NCBI GenBank assembly: GCA_964562685.1
Contig: CAZLUP010000003.1
Location: 31,586 to 95,585 of the forward strand
Direction: 5' to 3'
Origin: an uncultured bacterium
GTDB taxonomy: Bacteria > Cyanobacteriota > Cyanobacteriia > Cyanobacteriales > Xenococcaceae
DNA: 64,000 nt
Under the pieces are notes generated by a model. That model made no database searches, was not told where the DNA came from, and saw only the letters and a list, made by a program, of their open reading frames with translations. The translations under genes were made by a program, and so were the position numbers. Positions 30,020 through 39,531 of the stretch are shown here, piece by piece; within the stretch, counting starts at the first letter, position 1, and every line of letters starts with the position of its first letter.

Positions 30020-31489
30020 CTAATCCCAGTCAAATTTCATTCCTAAAAATTCTTCTAATCTTTGATTGTGAGGTTGAAAACATTCCGCTAGAAGCTGATG
30101 CATTTCTGGGTCAATATTAGAATAAGAACCAGCATTGTAAGTTTTATAATCTTTAAGTTGATAATTTGGTAAACCAATAAAATCAAAAACTTGATTCAGC
30201 GTAGCTGGCGTATTTTGATAAAAGTCTTCGCTTTTTAAAATCAAAAACTTCTCTTTAGGAATAATTGACATCCATTGCTCTAAAAAATAAATATAAACAC
30301 TTTCTAATAAACAACCAGAATTACCTTTTCTACTTAAATTTCCATCAAAAGAAGGTTGTGACATTTTTTTTATTAATTCAATTTCATCTGCGATCGCTTC
30401 TTTTAAAGAACGAAATTCTGCGCCAACTTTACGCCAGTGATAATATTGAGAAATAGAGCGGTCTATTGGATTTCTCAACATCACAATTAATTTCATGTCA
30501 GGAAATAATTCGAGAATTCTGGGAGCTACTTCTGGATAATAAAGATGATCAGGACTACCTTCACCAGTGACATAATTTTTTCCTTCAGCAATGGCAGGAA
30601 AATGAGCTAAATACCATTCTTTACCAGCATCAAAATTAAAATTAAAGAATTTAACTTCTTTTTTAAGTGCAGGAACAAATTGAGGATGAAAAGTTAAATA
30701 TTCATAAAGAGAAGTTGTTCCGCAACGCATCGAACCAATAATGACAAATTTCGGTTCTTGTCCTCTTTTTCCTGCATCCCAAGCTTGTTCAATAAACTTC
30801 GGTTTTAGTTTTAAATTTTGTCGATAACTAGCATTTTGGTAACAACTTATTGCTTCATCTAAACGACCTAATTTAGTTAAAATATCTCCTAAATTAGAAT
30901 AACCAAGTAAATAATCAGGACTTTTCCGAATTACTTCTTGATATGGTTTAATCATTCTTTCTAGTAATTCAGGTGAAAGTTTTTCTCGTTGAACTTTAAT
31001 TAATAAACGATCATGAGGTTGCCAAAATTCAGGCGCGATCGCAATTGCTTTTAAATATGCGTCAATTGCTGCTAAAGTATCACCTTGGCGATTATATAAA
31101 TCTCCAATATAAAGATAAAACCATTTACGATCTAAATCTAATTCAACTGCTTGTTCATAAATCGAGATCGCATCTTGAAAAAGATTTTTTTTAGCTAAAG
31201 TTTCGCCAATCTTTTGATATAAACTAATTGCTTTATCTTGGTGATTTAATTTAATTAAATACCTGCCCAATTCTTGGCAAGAATTAAAGAGTTTAGGTTC
31301 TAACTCCACAGTTTTATGATAATAATTAATTGCTTCTTGCCAATAACCTTTTTTAGTTAGGGCTTTGGCTAAACGATGATGAGCTTGAGCCGATTTTGGT
31401 TCAGTTTTAACAGCACGACGATAAGCAAAAACAGCTTCTTCTAAATTACCTTGTTGTTCTAAGGTAGCTCCTAATTGTAAATCTTTCAT
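30020..31489 (-). CDS. TPR repeat + sulfotransferase fusion protein
   Basis: N-terminal TPRs. GSMRCGTTSLYEY and MLRNPIDRSISQYYH PAPS-binding motifs. The C-terminus is paralogous to that of the 27727-29910 product. Confidence 0.8.
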   Translation of the reverse strand: MKDLQLGATLEQQGNLEEAVFAYRRAVKTEPKSAQAHHRLAKALTKKGYWQEAINYYHKTVELEPKLFNSCQELGRYLIKLNHQDKAISLYQKIGETLAKKNLFQDAISIYEQAVELDLDRKWFYLYIGDLYNRQGDTLAAIDAYLKAIAIAPEFWQPHDRLLIKVQREKLSPELLERMIKPYQEVIRKSPDYLLGYSNLGDILTKLGRLDEAISCYQNASYRQNLKLKPKFIEQAWDAGKRGQEPKFVIIGSMRCGTTSLYEYLTFHPQFVPALKKEVKFFNFNFDAGKEWYLAHFPAIAEGKNYVTGEGSPDHLYYPEVAPRILELFPDMKLIVMLRNPIDRSISQYYHWRKVGAEFRSLKEAIADEIELIKKMSQPSFDGNLSRKGNSGCLLESVYIYFLEQWMSIIPKEKFLILKSEDFYQNTPATLNQVFDFIGLPNYQLKDYKTYNAGSYSNIDPEMHQLLAECFQPHNQRLEEFLGMKFDWD

Positions 31490-31549
31490 AAGTTAAATAC
31501 CTTGGCTAAAATTGAATTAATTCTGAGAAAATACTTGAGAGCAAACTAC

Positions 31550-34500
31550 TTATTTCTGCTTGTTTTTAATCAAAGCTAAAATTTCCTGTTCGTAGCGAGC
31601 AAAAATATTTTGCCAATCATAGGCTTGCTCGACTAATTTACGACCATTGACACTTAATCTTGTCTTTAATTCAAGATCTTTACTAACCTGTATCACCGCT
31701 TCAGCAAATTCTTTGGGAGTATCACGAATTAAAATGTTTACTCCATCAGTTACCTCTAATCCTTCGCAACCAAGACTGGTAGAAATCACTGGTAAACCCA
31801 TTGCCATAGCATGAAGAATTTTGATCCTTGTCCCACTACCCAAACGGATGGGTACAATTGCAATTGAGCAATTCTGAGCTACATCGCTCATATTTTTGGG
31901 ACTAGCGACGATTTCAATATCTGAATAACGAGTAGCTAAAGCTTGAATTTCAGCAGAAGGTTCGCGTCCGGCAATACAGAAAGGAAGCTGAGAATTTTGT
32001 TGACGAATTAGTGGTAAGATCTCTTCAGCAAAGTATAGTACAGCATCAATGTTGGGATAATAAGTCATTGTTCCCATGTACAACATTTTGTGTGCCTGAC
32101 TATGGTTGACAGGAGCAATGTTGCGGGTGTCTATCCCATTCTTAACTACGATCACTTTACTGTTCGGACAACGACTGAGCAATTCTTGTCGATCATCTTC
32201 ACTAACTACAGTAGTTAAAGTAAATTTAGACCAAGTTTTGTTTTCGTAGGCTTCAAGTAATTTAGATTCCCGTTCAGAATCCAAAAACACTCTAACTGCT
32301 TCTACATCTGTTGCAGCCGTTGCAATATCGGACTCGGTAATCGTAGCGCATTGTTTGAGAATTCTTGACTCAATATTATGTTCATTTAAGATTGTCAGAT
32401 GATTTTTGAACAGTTCATGATAGGGAGTAGCAAAAATAAAATCAAATAAAACTGCATCGAACTTAACTTGACTAAATTGTTGGAGAACTTTCCACATATT
32501 CCAAGTTCCCCATTGGTAGATTTGTTTTTGTTGATCGACTCGACGTGGTGCTAAAGGTACACCTAGTTTGACCATAATGGCGCGATCGCAATACTCTTGT
32601 AAATCCTCTTCAATTTGATAATCAGCCTCATCAAAAATAAAAGAAACAACTGTGAGATGATGGCGACTCCCTAAATATTTGATTTCTTCAAACATCCGAA
32701 TCGCTCCCCCTGTATTGGGAGGATAGGGAGGATAGGGAGTAATTAGCAAAATTCTCAGCTGATCATGGCATTCAGTTTGCTTTAACTGCTCACAATAATC
32801 TAGAACTTGCTGCCAACGGTGTAATAATTGCTGAGATTGTTCTCTATTTTCGTAAAATCCTGCAAAATCTGGATTAAGTTCAATTGCTCGACTATAAGCT
32901 GAAATTGCCTCCGCTAAATCCCATCTACCCTTCAGTGCATCACCGTAACCATTGTAATACCAACAGTTATTCGGTTCTAATTGTAAAGCTTGACGATAAC
33001 ATTCGATAGCGCGATCGAGATTAGCCTGTTTTGTCAAAGCATTACCTAATTGAAAATAAGCTTCTGGATAATTAGGATGAAATTCTAAAGCTGTATTTAA
33101 AGCAACAATTGCCAGATCGATCTGATTTTCTCCTAAATATGTTTTAGCCTTGGCGAGAAAAGCTTCAGCTTTTTCTGGTTGTTCTTTTGATGATGCTGGA
33201 AGACTACTAAGTAAAAGTTTTTGATTAAACTGTGCTTGTTCGGGTAATAACTTGGCTAATTGAGTCGATATTTCACGATTTTGAGGCTGGTATTGAAGAG
33301 CTATTTGATAATAAACGATCGCTTTTTCTAGCTGATTCTGTTTAACTAAGGCATTACCTAACTGTAAATACAGTTTGCCATTATCTGGTTGCAGCGCGAT
33401 CGCTTTATAATAATTGTGAAGATTATCAGGATTTAATTGAATCTCGCGCTGATAATAACTCAAAGCTCGATCCGAATCAATTTTAGAGCGATGTCCTAAG
33501 GCATCAGCTAATTTAATTCCTACCGTCGGCAAATCTGGCTTAAGTTCAATGGCTCGACGATAAGCTACTACTGCTTCATCCCATTTACCCAAGTTACTAA
33601 AAATTTCGCCTAAATTATAATAAGCCCAAGGAAAATCGGGGTTTAATTCACTCGCTCTTCTAAAAGCTACCGCAGCCTCTTCCCATCGGCTTAATTGAAC
33701 TAAGGCATCACCTAAATTATTATGTGTCCAACAAAAATCATCTTTGACTTGAATTGCTGCTTGATAAGCAGTAACCGCTTCTTCCCATCGGTATACTTTA
33801 CTCAGTGCATCACCAAGATGATGACAAGCTTCCCAATAATCAGGTTGTAGTTTGATCGCTTGTTGATAACAGATAATAGCATCTTGCCATTGTTTTTGTT
33901 GAGTGAAAACAAATCCAAGACGATAATGATGTAGAGCAATTTGAGAATTATATTGAACCGCCTTGCGATAATATTGAATTGCTTCTTCTAATTTTCCTTT
34001 GCTATGTAAAATTTCTCCTAGATGTAAATAAGCTTCTGCTAAATTAGGAGCGAGTTCCAAAGCACGACGATAACAAGTTATCGCTTCATTTAGTTGATTG
34101 TGTTTGACAAAAGCATTGCCCAATTGCAAATGTTCTTCTGCTTTGACACTGCCCGGCTCCAAACTATAAGCTTGATACCAATATTTAATTGCCTCAGCAG
34201 ATTGATCCGCTTTTTCTAACGCCCTAGCTAAATTACGATAAACACCTGCCAATTGAGGATTTAATGTAATTGCTCGCTGATAACAGTTAATCGCTTCTTG
34301 CCACTGTTGTTTTTGAGCGTATAAACTACCTAAATTTGAGTAAATAGCTGCCGAGTTAGGATTGATTTGAGCTTTTTGTTGATATTGAGCAATCTTTAAA
34401 TCAATAGCTTCAGTAGGAACAGGACTTGTTTGTGTAGTTATTTCCTGTTTAACTGGGGAACGCAAGTCCGTGCCGTCTCCGTTCGGGAACGACTCGGAGT

Positions 34501-35842
34501 TCAACTCCGAGTCGCAAGCCCGAAGTGATTCCCACCCGTTGAACGGCGGAGTACCTGCGATTTGATTGGGAGACTGCAAAACATTCTCACTAGTTGATAG
34601 CAATTTTTGTTGAAGAGGATTATTTCCTTTTAATCTATTTTGATAGTGCCAAGCTTGCTCATAATAAGTAGCAGCTTCTTGCCATCGTCCTAATTGTTCC
34701 AAAACTTGAGCCAATTTTTGATATCCTTCTTGTAAGGAAGGCTCTAATTTAATTCCATAACGATAGTGAATTATTGCTTGTTCTAACTGATCTTCTTCTC
34801 TAAGCCAATCTGCTAACAGAATATGATCTTTGGCCTTCGCTCGCTCTGGCTCTAAGCTCAAAGCTTGATGATGATATTGCCAAAATTTACTCGTTTCTCC
34901 TAACTGTTGATAAACTTTCGCTAGATTTTCATAAGCACCTGCAAATTTGGGGTTAATAATAATCGCTTTTTGATAATATTCAATTGCCTGTTGCCATTGC
35001 TTTTGCCCAGCATATAAACTGCCTAAATTTGCATATACTTCAGCTAAATCTGGTTGTATAGCGATCGCTTTAGCATAATAACCCATTGCTTCGGCAGTTT
35101 TACCACTTCTTTGCAGTGCATTGCCCCAAATTTTATAAGCCTCCGCAGAATTAGGCTCAATTTCCAAGACTCGCTGACAGGCAACTATTGCTTGTTGCCA
35201 TTCTTGGCGATCACAATAAGCTAAAGCCTGTTGTAAATATACTCGAGCAGCTTCTAATCCTAAGCTATTAGCAATTTCAGGTTTGTTAGAATGAGGCTCT
35301 TGATTAGTAGCCGATTTTTCAATTAATTTAAAAGAAAAAGACGATTTTTCTGAAGAATAAACTGCTGATAGCTGTCTATATTGAGGTGAATTAGGATCAA
35401 AGTCAGGAAGTTGTAATTTTGTTGAGAAGCTGCGATGGGAATGCTCTTCTGTTTCGCTGGTGTTGACAGTTAGGTGTGACAAAGAATTTTTTTCCAACTG
35501 TGACAGTGAAGTCTTCCCTTCAGCAGTCCAAGAATTGTTGAGCATAATCGCCTTGCGATAGTGAATCATTGCCTCGGGAATTTTACCGATTTTTTGCAAA
35601 CCTACCGCCAATTTTTGACGAGCCAAACCTAAATCTGGTTCAATTTCTACTGCTTGACGATAAAGCTTAATCGCCTCAGTAAACTTACCTTGTTCCCAAA
35701 GTCGATCTGCTTGATAAATTTTAGTACTGGCTAAATCTGGTAATTTTAAGTAAGAGTTAACATCTGGAGACTTTGGATTAACATTGTCATTATTTTTGAC
35801 AAAAGCAGCAGAATTCAACAAATTTTTCAGACGATCAAACAT
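31550..35842 (-). CDS. giant TPR array fused to a C-terminal GT4-type (GT-B) glycosyltransferase
   Basis: About 1000 aa of TPR units (AEVYANLGSLYAGQKQWQQAIEYYQKAI...). C-terminal LRILLITPYPPYPPNTGGAIRM...GSGTRIKILHAMAMGLPVISTSLGCEGLEV. Confidence 0.8.
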   Translation of the reverse strand: MFDRLKNLLNSAAFVKNNDNVNPKSPDVNSYLKLPDLASTKIYQADRLWEQGKFTEAIKLYRQAVEIEPDLGLARQKLAVGLQKIGKIPEAMIHYRKAIMLNNSWTAEGKTSLSQLEKNSLSHLTVNTSETEEHSHRSFSTKLQLPDFDPNSPQYRQLSAVYSSEKSSFSFKLIEKSATNQEPHSNKPEIANSLGLEAARVYLQQALAYCDRQEWQQAIVACQRVLEIEPNSAEAYKIWGNALQRSGKTAEAMGYYAKAIAIQPDLAEVYANLGSLYAGQKQWQQAIEYYQKAIIINPKFAGAYENLAKVYQQLGETSKFWQYHHQALSLEPERAKAKDHILLADWLREEDQLEQAIIHYRYGIKLEPSLQEGYQKLAQVLEQLGRWQEAATYYEQAWHYQNRLKGNNPLQQKLLSTSENVLQSPNQIAGTPPFNGWESLRACDSELNSESFPNGDGTDLRSPVKQEITTQTSPVPTEAIDLKIAQYQQKAQINPNSAAIYSNLGSLYAQKQQWQEAINCYQRAITLNPQLAGVYRNLARALEKADQSAEAIKYWYQAYSLEPGSVKAEEHLQLGNAFVKHNQLNEAITCYRRALELAPNLAEAYLHLGEILHSKGKLEEAIQYYRKAVQYNSQIALHHYRLGFVFTQQKQWQDAIICYQQAIKLQPDYWEACHHLGDALSKVYRWEEAVTAYQAAIQVKDDFCWTHNNLGDALVQLSRWEEAAVAFRRASELNPDFPWAYYNLGEIFSNLGKWDEAVVAYRRAIELKPDLPTVGIKLADALGHRSKIDSDRALSYYQREIQLNPDNLHNYYKAIALQPDNGKLYLQLGNALVKQNQLEKAIVYYQIALQYQPQNREISTQLAKLLPEQAQFNQKLLLSSLPASSKEQPEKAEAFLAKAKTYLGENQIDLAIVALNTALEFHPNYPEAYFQLGNALTKQANLDRAIECYRQALQLEPNNCWYYNGYGDALKGRWDLAEAISAYSRAIELNPDFAGFYENREQSQQLLHRWQQVLDYCEQLKQTECHDQLRILLITPYPPYPPNTGGAIRMFEEIKYLGSRHHLTVVSFIFDEADYQIEEDLQEYCDRAIMVKLGVPLAPRRVDQQKQIYQWGTWNMWKVLQQFSQVKFDAVLFDFIFATPYHELFKNHLTILNEHNIESRILKQCATITESDIATAATDVEAVRVFLDSERESKLLEAYENKTWSKFTLTTVVSEDDRQELLSRCPNSKVIVVKNGIDTRNIAPVNHSQAHKMLYMGTMTYYPNIDAVLYFAEEILPLIRQQNSQLPFCIAGREPSAEIQALATRYSDIEIVASPKNMSDVAQNCSIAIVPIRLGSGTRIKILHAMAMGLPVISTSLGCEGLEVTDGVNILIRDTPKEFAEAVIQVSKDLELKTRLSVNGRKLVEQAYDWQNIFARYEQEILALIKNKQK
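34470..34557. repeat. GC-rich palindromic mini-element inserted in-frame in the TPR-GT4 gene
   Basis: Termini GTGCCGTCTCC...GGAGTACCTG. Internal perfect hairpin GACTCGGAG ttcaa CTCCGAGTC. Translated as part of the linker peptide GTPPFNGWESLRACDSELNSESFPNGDG. Confidence 0.6.
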
Positions 35843-36237
35843 AATTAAGCTGAGATAGCGAAGAGAAATGAATAACGTTCAGCTTGAAACAACAATAATC
35901 TTATTGAAACTACAGTAGAAATTACTTGCGTGAAAACACTAGATTTTAGTTAATAATTCGGATTAATTTCAGCTAAATATTTTCATGATCTCTGTAAAAA
36001 CTTTTAAGAAGCAAAATTCAGCCCAAAATTAACAACAGATTGCTAGTATCGTCGATAAAAATAAATATTTCTTGAAAGAATTAAACATTAATTAATACAT
36101 ACTCAATTATCACTACTCAAATGCGAGCAGCTTCGCGCTTCGCGTAGTGATTGCTATTCTAGAAATCAATTAAGCTATAGGATAAAATTAGACCGACTTA
36201 ACACAATTGAGCGCAGGTTTCAGAAGGAGCAAACATC

Positions 36238-36981
36238 TTGAGTTGGCGACTAAAATTATCCAATTGGCTTTCGGATGGTATTTTAGATAAATATCAGCAA
36301 CAAATAGAATCAGCAAAAGCTAAATTAAATCAAACAGAATCGGAACTAAATAATTTAAAAATTCAATTAAAACAATCTCAGGTAGAACTACAACAAACTC
36401 TGGCACAACTCCAAATTAATCAAGGTTTTCAGATAGAATTAGGCGAAAAACAAATTCAACTGCAACAAACCAAAGCTCAACTTCAGCAGTGTCAAGCGCA
36501 ACTTCAACAGAAACAAGAACAGTTAGAAAAGTCCCAAACTCAACTCCAGCAAACTCAAACAAAATTAGTCAATTCTCAAGATTGGCTACAACAAATTCAG
36601 GCTCCTATTCAGGTGGTAGAAGTTAAACGTTTACCGCAAAAAGATTTTGAGGCTTTATGGGGTTTTGGAATCGGTTCTCCTCTTCCAGAAAGCCAAGCTA
36701 TTGGGGGTTCTCTTTTATTTAAAGGATGGGTATTAGGCAAAAAATCTCTAGCTAAAAAAGTTAGAATTACTTATCAAGGACAAATGTTGATTGAAACTCC
36801 AGTTGAACAACCTCGCCCAACGATTACTCAGTATTATCCGGATATACCAGCAGCAGCTAACAGTGGTTTTGAAACTCCTTTTTCAGTGACAGCAATGGGT
36901 TCGGAAGCTGAATTAGAGTTACAAGCTGTTTTAGAAGATGAAAGTATTATTCCCCTTAGTGTTATTTACCTAAAACGCTAA
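36238..36981 (+). CDS. Gln-rich coiled-coil protein with beta-rich C-terminal domain
   Basis: TTG start preceded by AAGGAG. Iterated (L/T)QLQQ heptad-like repeats over about 110 aa. The only plus-strand gene inside the cluster. Confidence 0.55.
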   Translation: MSWRLKLSNWLSDGILDKYQQQIESAKAKLNQTESELNNLKIQLKQSQVELQQTLAQLQINQGFQIELGEKQIQLQQTKAQLQQCQAQLQQKQEQLEKSQTQLQQTQTKLVNSQDWLQQIQAPIQVVEVKRLPQKDFEALWGFGIGSPLPESQAIGGSLLFKGWVLGKKSLAKKVRITYQGQMLIETPVEQPRPTITQYYPDIPAAANSGFETPFSVTAMGSEAELELQAVLEDESIIPLSVIYLKR

Positions 36982-37309
36982 AGTTGAATATTTATTTTTA
37001 GTTTGGCATATTATTTCACAGCAATTTTTATCAAGATACGAAAAAATTAGCAGGACAACAAATAGCCTTAAATTTAAATATTTTGAATTTTCGCTTCTTG
37101 ACTTAAGAAGAGGGAAAGATTGCGTTTTAATACCAATTTTCTCAAGTAATGAGAGGCTAGATAAATCTTAATGAAACTCGCGAAGACAGAGAGCAGAAGG
37201 CAGTTTTAATTTAAGTAATAAATTAAATTATTTAAATAGGCAAAAAAAAGTAGGTAAAAATTAGAAATTACCCACTCTCAAAAATCTTATTTGCAATATT
37301 ATCTATTAA

Positions 37310-38152
37310 TTATTGAGCAGCACGATCATAACATTGTTCTGCTTCTTGTTCTCTACCTTGTTTCTTTAAAATATCTCCGATTAAACGGAAAATATAGATA
37401 GCATCTGGTTTAACTTCTATAGCTTTTTGATAACAGCGAATTGCCGTATCTAACTGATCTTTTTGCTGAAAAACATCTCCTAATTTCTTGTATGCCGAAC
37501 CAGAATCGGGCTTAAGCTGAGTTGTTTTCTGATAATAACGAATTGCCTCATCAAGTTGTCCTTGTTTGAACAATGCGTCCCCTAAAGATAAATAAACTTT
37601 AGCCGAATCTGGTTTCAGTTGAATCACTTTTTGATAATAACTAATCGCTTCATCAAAACGTTCCTTTTTCATCAAAGTATCGGCATACTTAGTATAAAAA
37701 CCAGCGTTCCAGTTTGAATTCAATTCTGCTGCTTTTTGATAATAATTAATTGCAGATTCGATCTGATCTTGTTCTTGTAGAAGCAAATCACCTAATTCTT
37801 TATAAACTTTAGCAGGAAGATCGGGTTTTAATTCAATCGCTTCTTGATATGCTGCGATCGCAGCATAAATTTTGTTTTGTTGTTGTAAAACTTTAGCTAA
37901 TTTTAGATATGGAGTATAATTTTCTGGATTTAAACCAATCATGCGTTGATAGCATTTTACTGCTTCTGACCAATTTTGCTGAGATTCATAAATTTCAGCT
38001 AACTTGGGTAATGGTTGAGTATAGTTAGGTTTAATTTTAATTGCTTGCTGATAGCTTTGAATTGATTCTTCAAAATTTCCTTGTTCTTTTAATTCATTTC
38101 CTTTTTCAAAATTAGCTTTAGCTTTTTCTCCAGTTTTGTTAATAGAACTCAT
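37310..38152 (-). CDS. stand-alone TPR repeat protein
   Basis: Consecutive 34-aa units, e.g. AINYYQKAAELNSN and AISYYQKVIQLKPDSAKVY. Confidence 0.8.
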   Translation of the reverse strand: MSSINKTGEKAKANFEKGNELKEQGNFEESIQSYQQAIKIKPNYTQPLPKLAEIYESQQNWSEAVKCYQRMIGLNPENYTPYLKLAKVLQQQNKIYAAIAAYQEAIELKPDLPAKVYKELGDLLLQEQDQIESAINYYQKAAELNSNWNAGFYTKYADTLMKKERFDEAISYYQKVIQLKPDSAKVYLSLGDALFKQGQLDEAIRYYQKTTQLKPDSGSAYKKLGDVFQQKDQLDTAIRCYQKAIEVKPDAIYIFRLIGDILKKQGREQEAEQCYDRAAQ

Positions 38153-38410
38153 ATCTTTTTACCTCATTGATTGTAAATATCGATCTTCAAATTTATAAAC
38201 AAGATTTAGACCATATTTATTAGTTAAAAAACTAATTAATTTTTGCCCAAACCATATTAGTCCAAATTATTTCTATCTTTTTACATACTTGCTATAACTC
38301 CTTGATTGGCTTTGTTTTTATATTCAAAATTAATAGCTTATACTCCTATACCAGCGAATAAATAATACTCAAAATATAAAATAATCTGTTTATAATTGTT
38401 TACGAATACT

Positions 38411-39484
38411 TTATTTTGCCTCAGCCAATTTAACCATAACAAAAGCCATCGCTTCATTTAATAACGATGGAGATAAATCTGTAATTATTTTTTTGATATC
38501 CATATAATTTTTTGATTCTGTAGGTGATTTGAGAAAAAGTCTAAATTTATCTCGAGAAGCAAATCTATCTATTAATTCTAAATTAGACCCATAATAATAA
38601 TCAAATACTTGTTTTTTCTGTTCCAGAGACATAAAATCAATTTTTTCTTGATTAAATCCTCTATGTTGAGCAAATTCTTGTATATATTTAGAGATTTTTT
38701 CTCTTGTCCTAATAGTTTCTTCTTGTAAAAATAACCATGATAGTTCTTCTGTTTCTTTCATAAAAGAAAATATTTTTTGACATAAAATAATTGTTTTGTA
38801 AGAAGGCGATATATTGTAGTTTTTAGATTCTTGCAATAAATCAGAAGGTATCCCTTGAATTCCAATAAAATCAAAAAAGTTACTTAATAGACCACTATTA
38901 GAATATACCAAGTCCTCAAAAGATAAAATATGTAAATAAGAAGGTTGGAAATATTCATCCCAAAAATCGCAAACCTCATTATATTTTAAGGCACGCAAAG
39001 ATAAAGAAAAACGCTCAAACCAAGCATCAAAATTATCAAAAGTTATACCATTTTTTGCTAATTGCGCCCATTGTGAAGATAACCATTGATATTGATTTCT
39101 ATAAATAAAAACCAAATGTAATTCTAAATTATTTGGAAAGCAATCACGTAACTGTTGCAGTTGTTGTTTTTCTGTTATTTGAATAAAATTTTCTGCACTA
39201 ATTATAAAATGCTCTGCATCTGAGTTATTTATTTCTTGTTGAAGGTTATCAAATAAAATATTTTTTCCATTTTTAAAATTATTTGTTAATACTTCTAAAG
39301 CAAGTTCATGATGAACATAAGAATTGCCTAATTCACCTCTACCAGTTTTTAGGTATTTTATCCCCATTTTTTCTAAGTTTTTTTCCTGTTTTTTTAACCA
39401 GTGTTGAATAGTTGTAGAACCACATTTTTGATGACCAACATGGAGATAAAGTTTTTTAGTGGCAGTCATAATTCCTATTCTCAC
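38411..39484 (-). CDS. hypothetical protein, possibly sulfotransferase-fold
   Basis: N-terminal LYLHVGHQKCGSTTIQ resembles a PAPS 5'-phosphosulfate-binding loop. No clear 3'-PB motif. Very AT-rich gene. Confidence 0.45.
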   Translation of the reverse strand: MRIGIMTATKKLYLHVGHQKCGSTTIQHWLKKQEKNLEKMGIKYLKTGRGELGNSYVHHELALEVLTNNFKNGKNILFDNLQQEINNSDAEHFIISAENFIQITEKQQLQQLRDCFPNNLELHLVFIYRNQYQWLSSQWAQLAKNGITFDNFDAWFERFSLSLRALKYNEVCDFWDEYFQPSYLHILSFEDLVYSNSGLLSNFFDFIGIQGIPSDLLQESKNYNISPSYKTIILCQKIFSFMKETEELSWLFLQEETIRTREKISKYIQEFAQHRGFNQEKIDFMSLEQKKQVFDYYYGSNLELIDRFASRDKFRLFLKSPTESKNYMDIKKIITDLSPSLLNEAMAFVMVKLAEAK

Positions 39485-39531
39485 AAATTACAAAGTTAAT
39501 AATAATTAGACAGAGTTTTTTGTTCAAAAAA

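Noticed and set aside
28596-30456. ORFs 28596-28796 (-) and 30265-30456 (+).
   Set aside because: They are nested out of frame or antisense within the TPR-sulfotransferase genes. They are AT-rich low-complexity translations.
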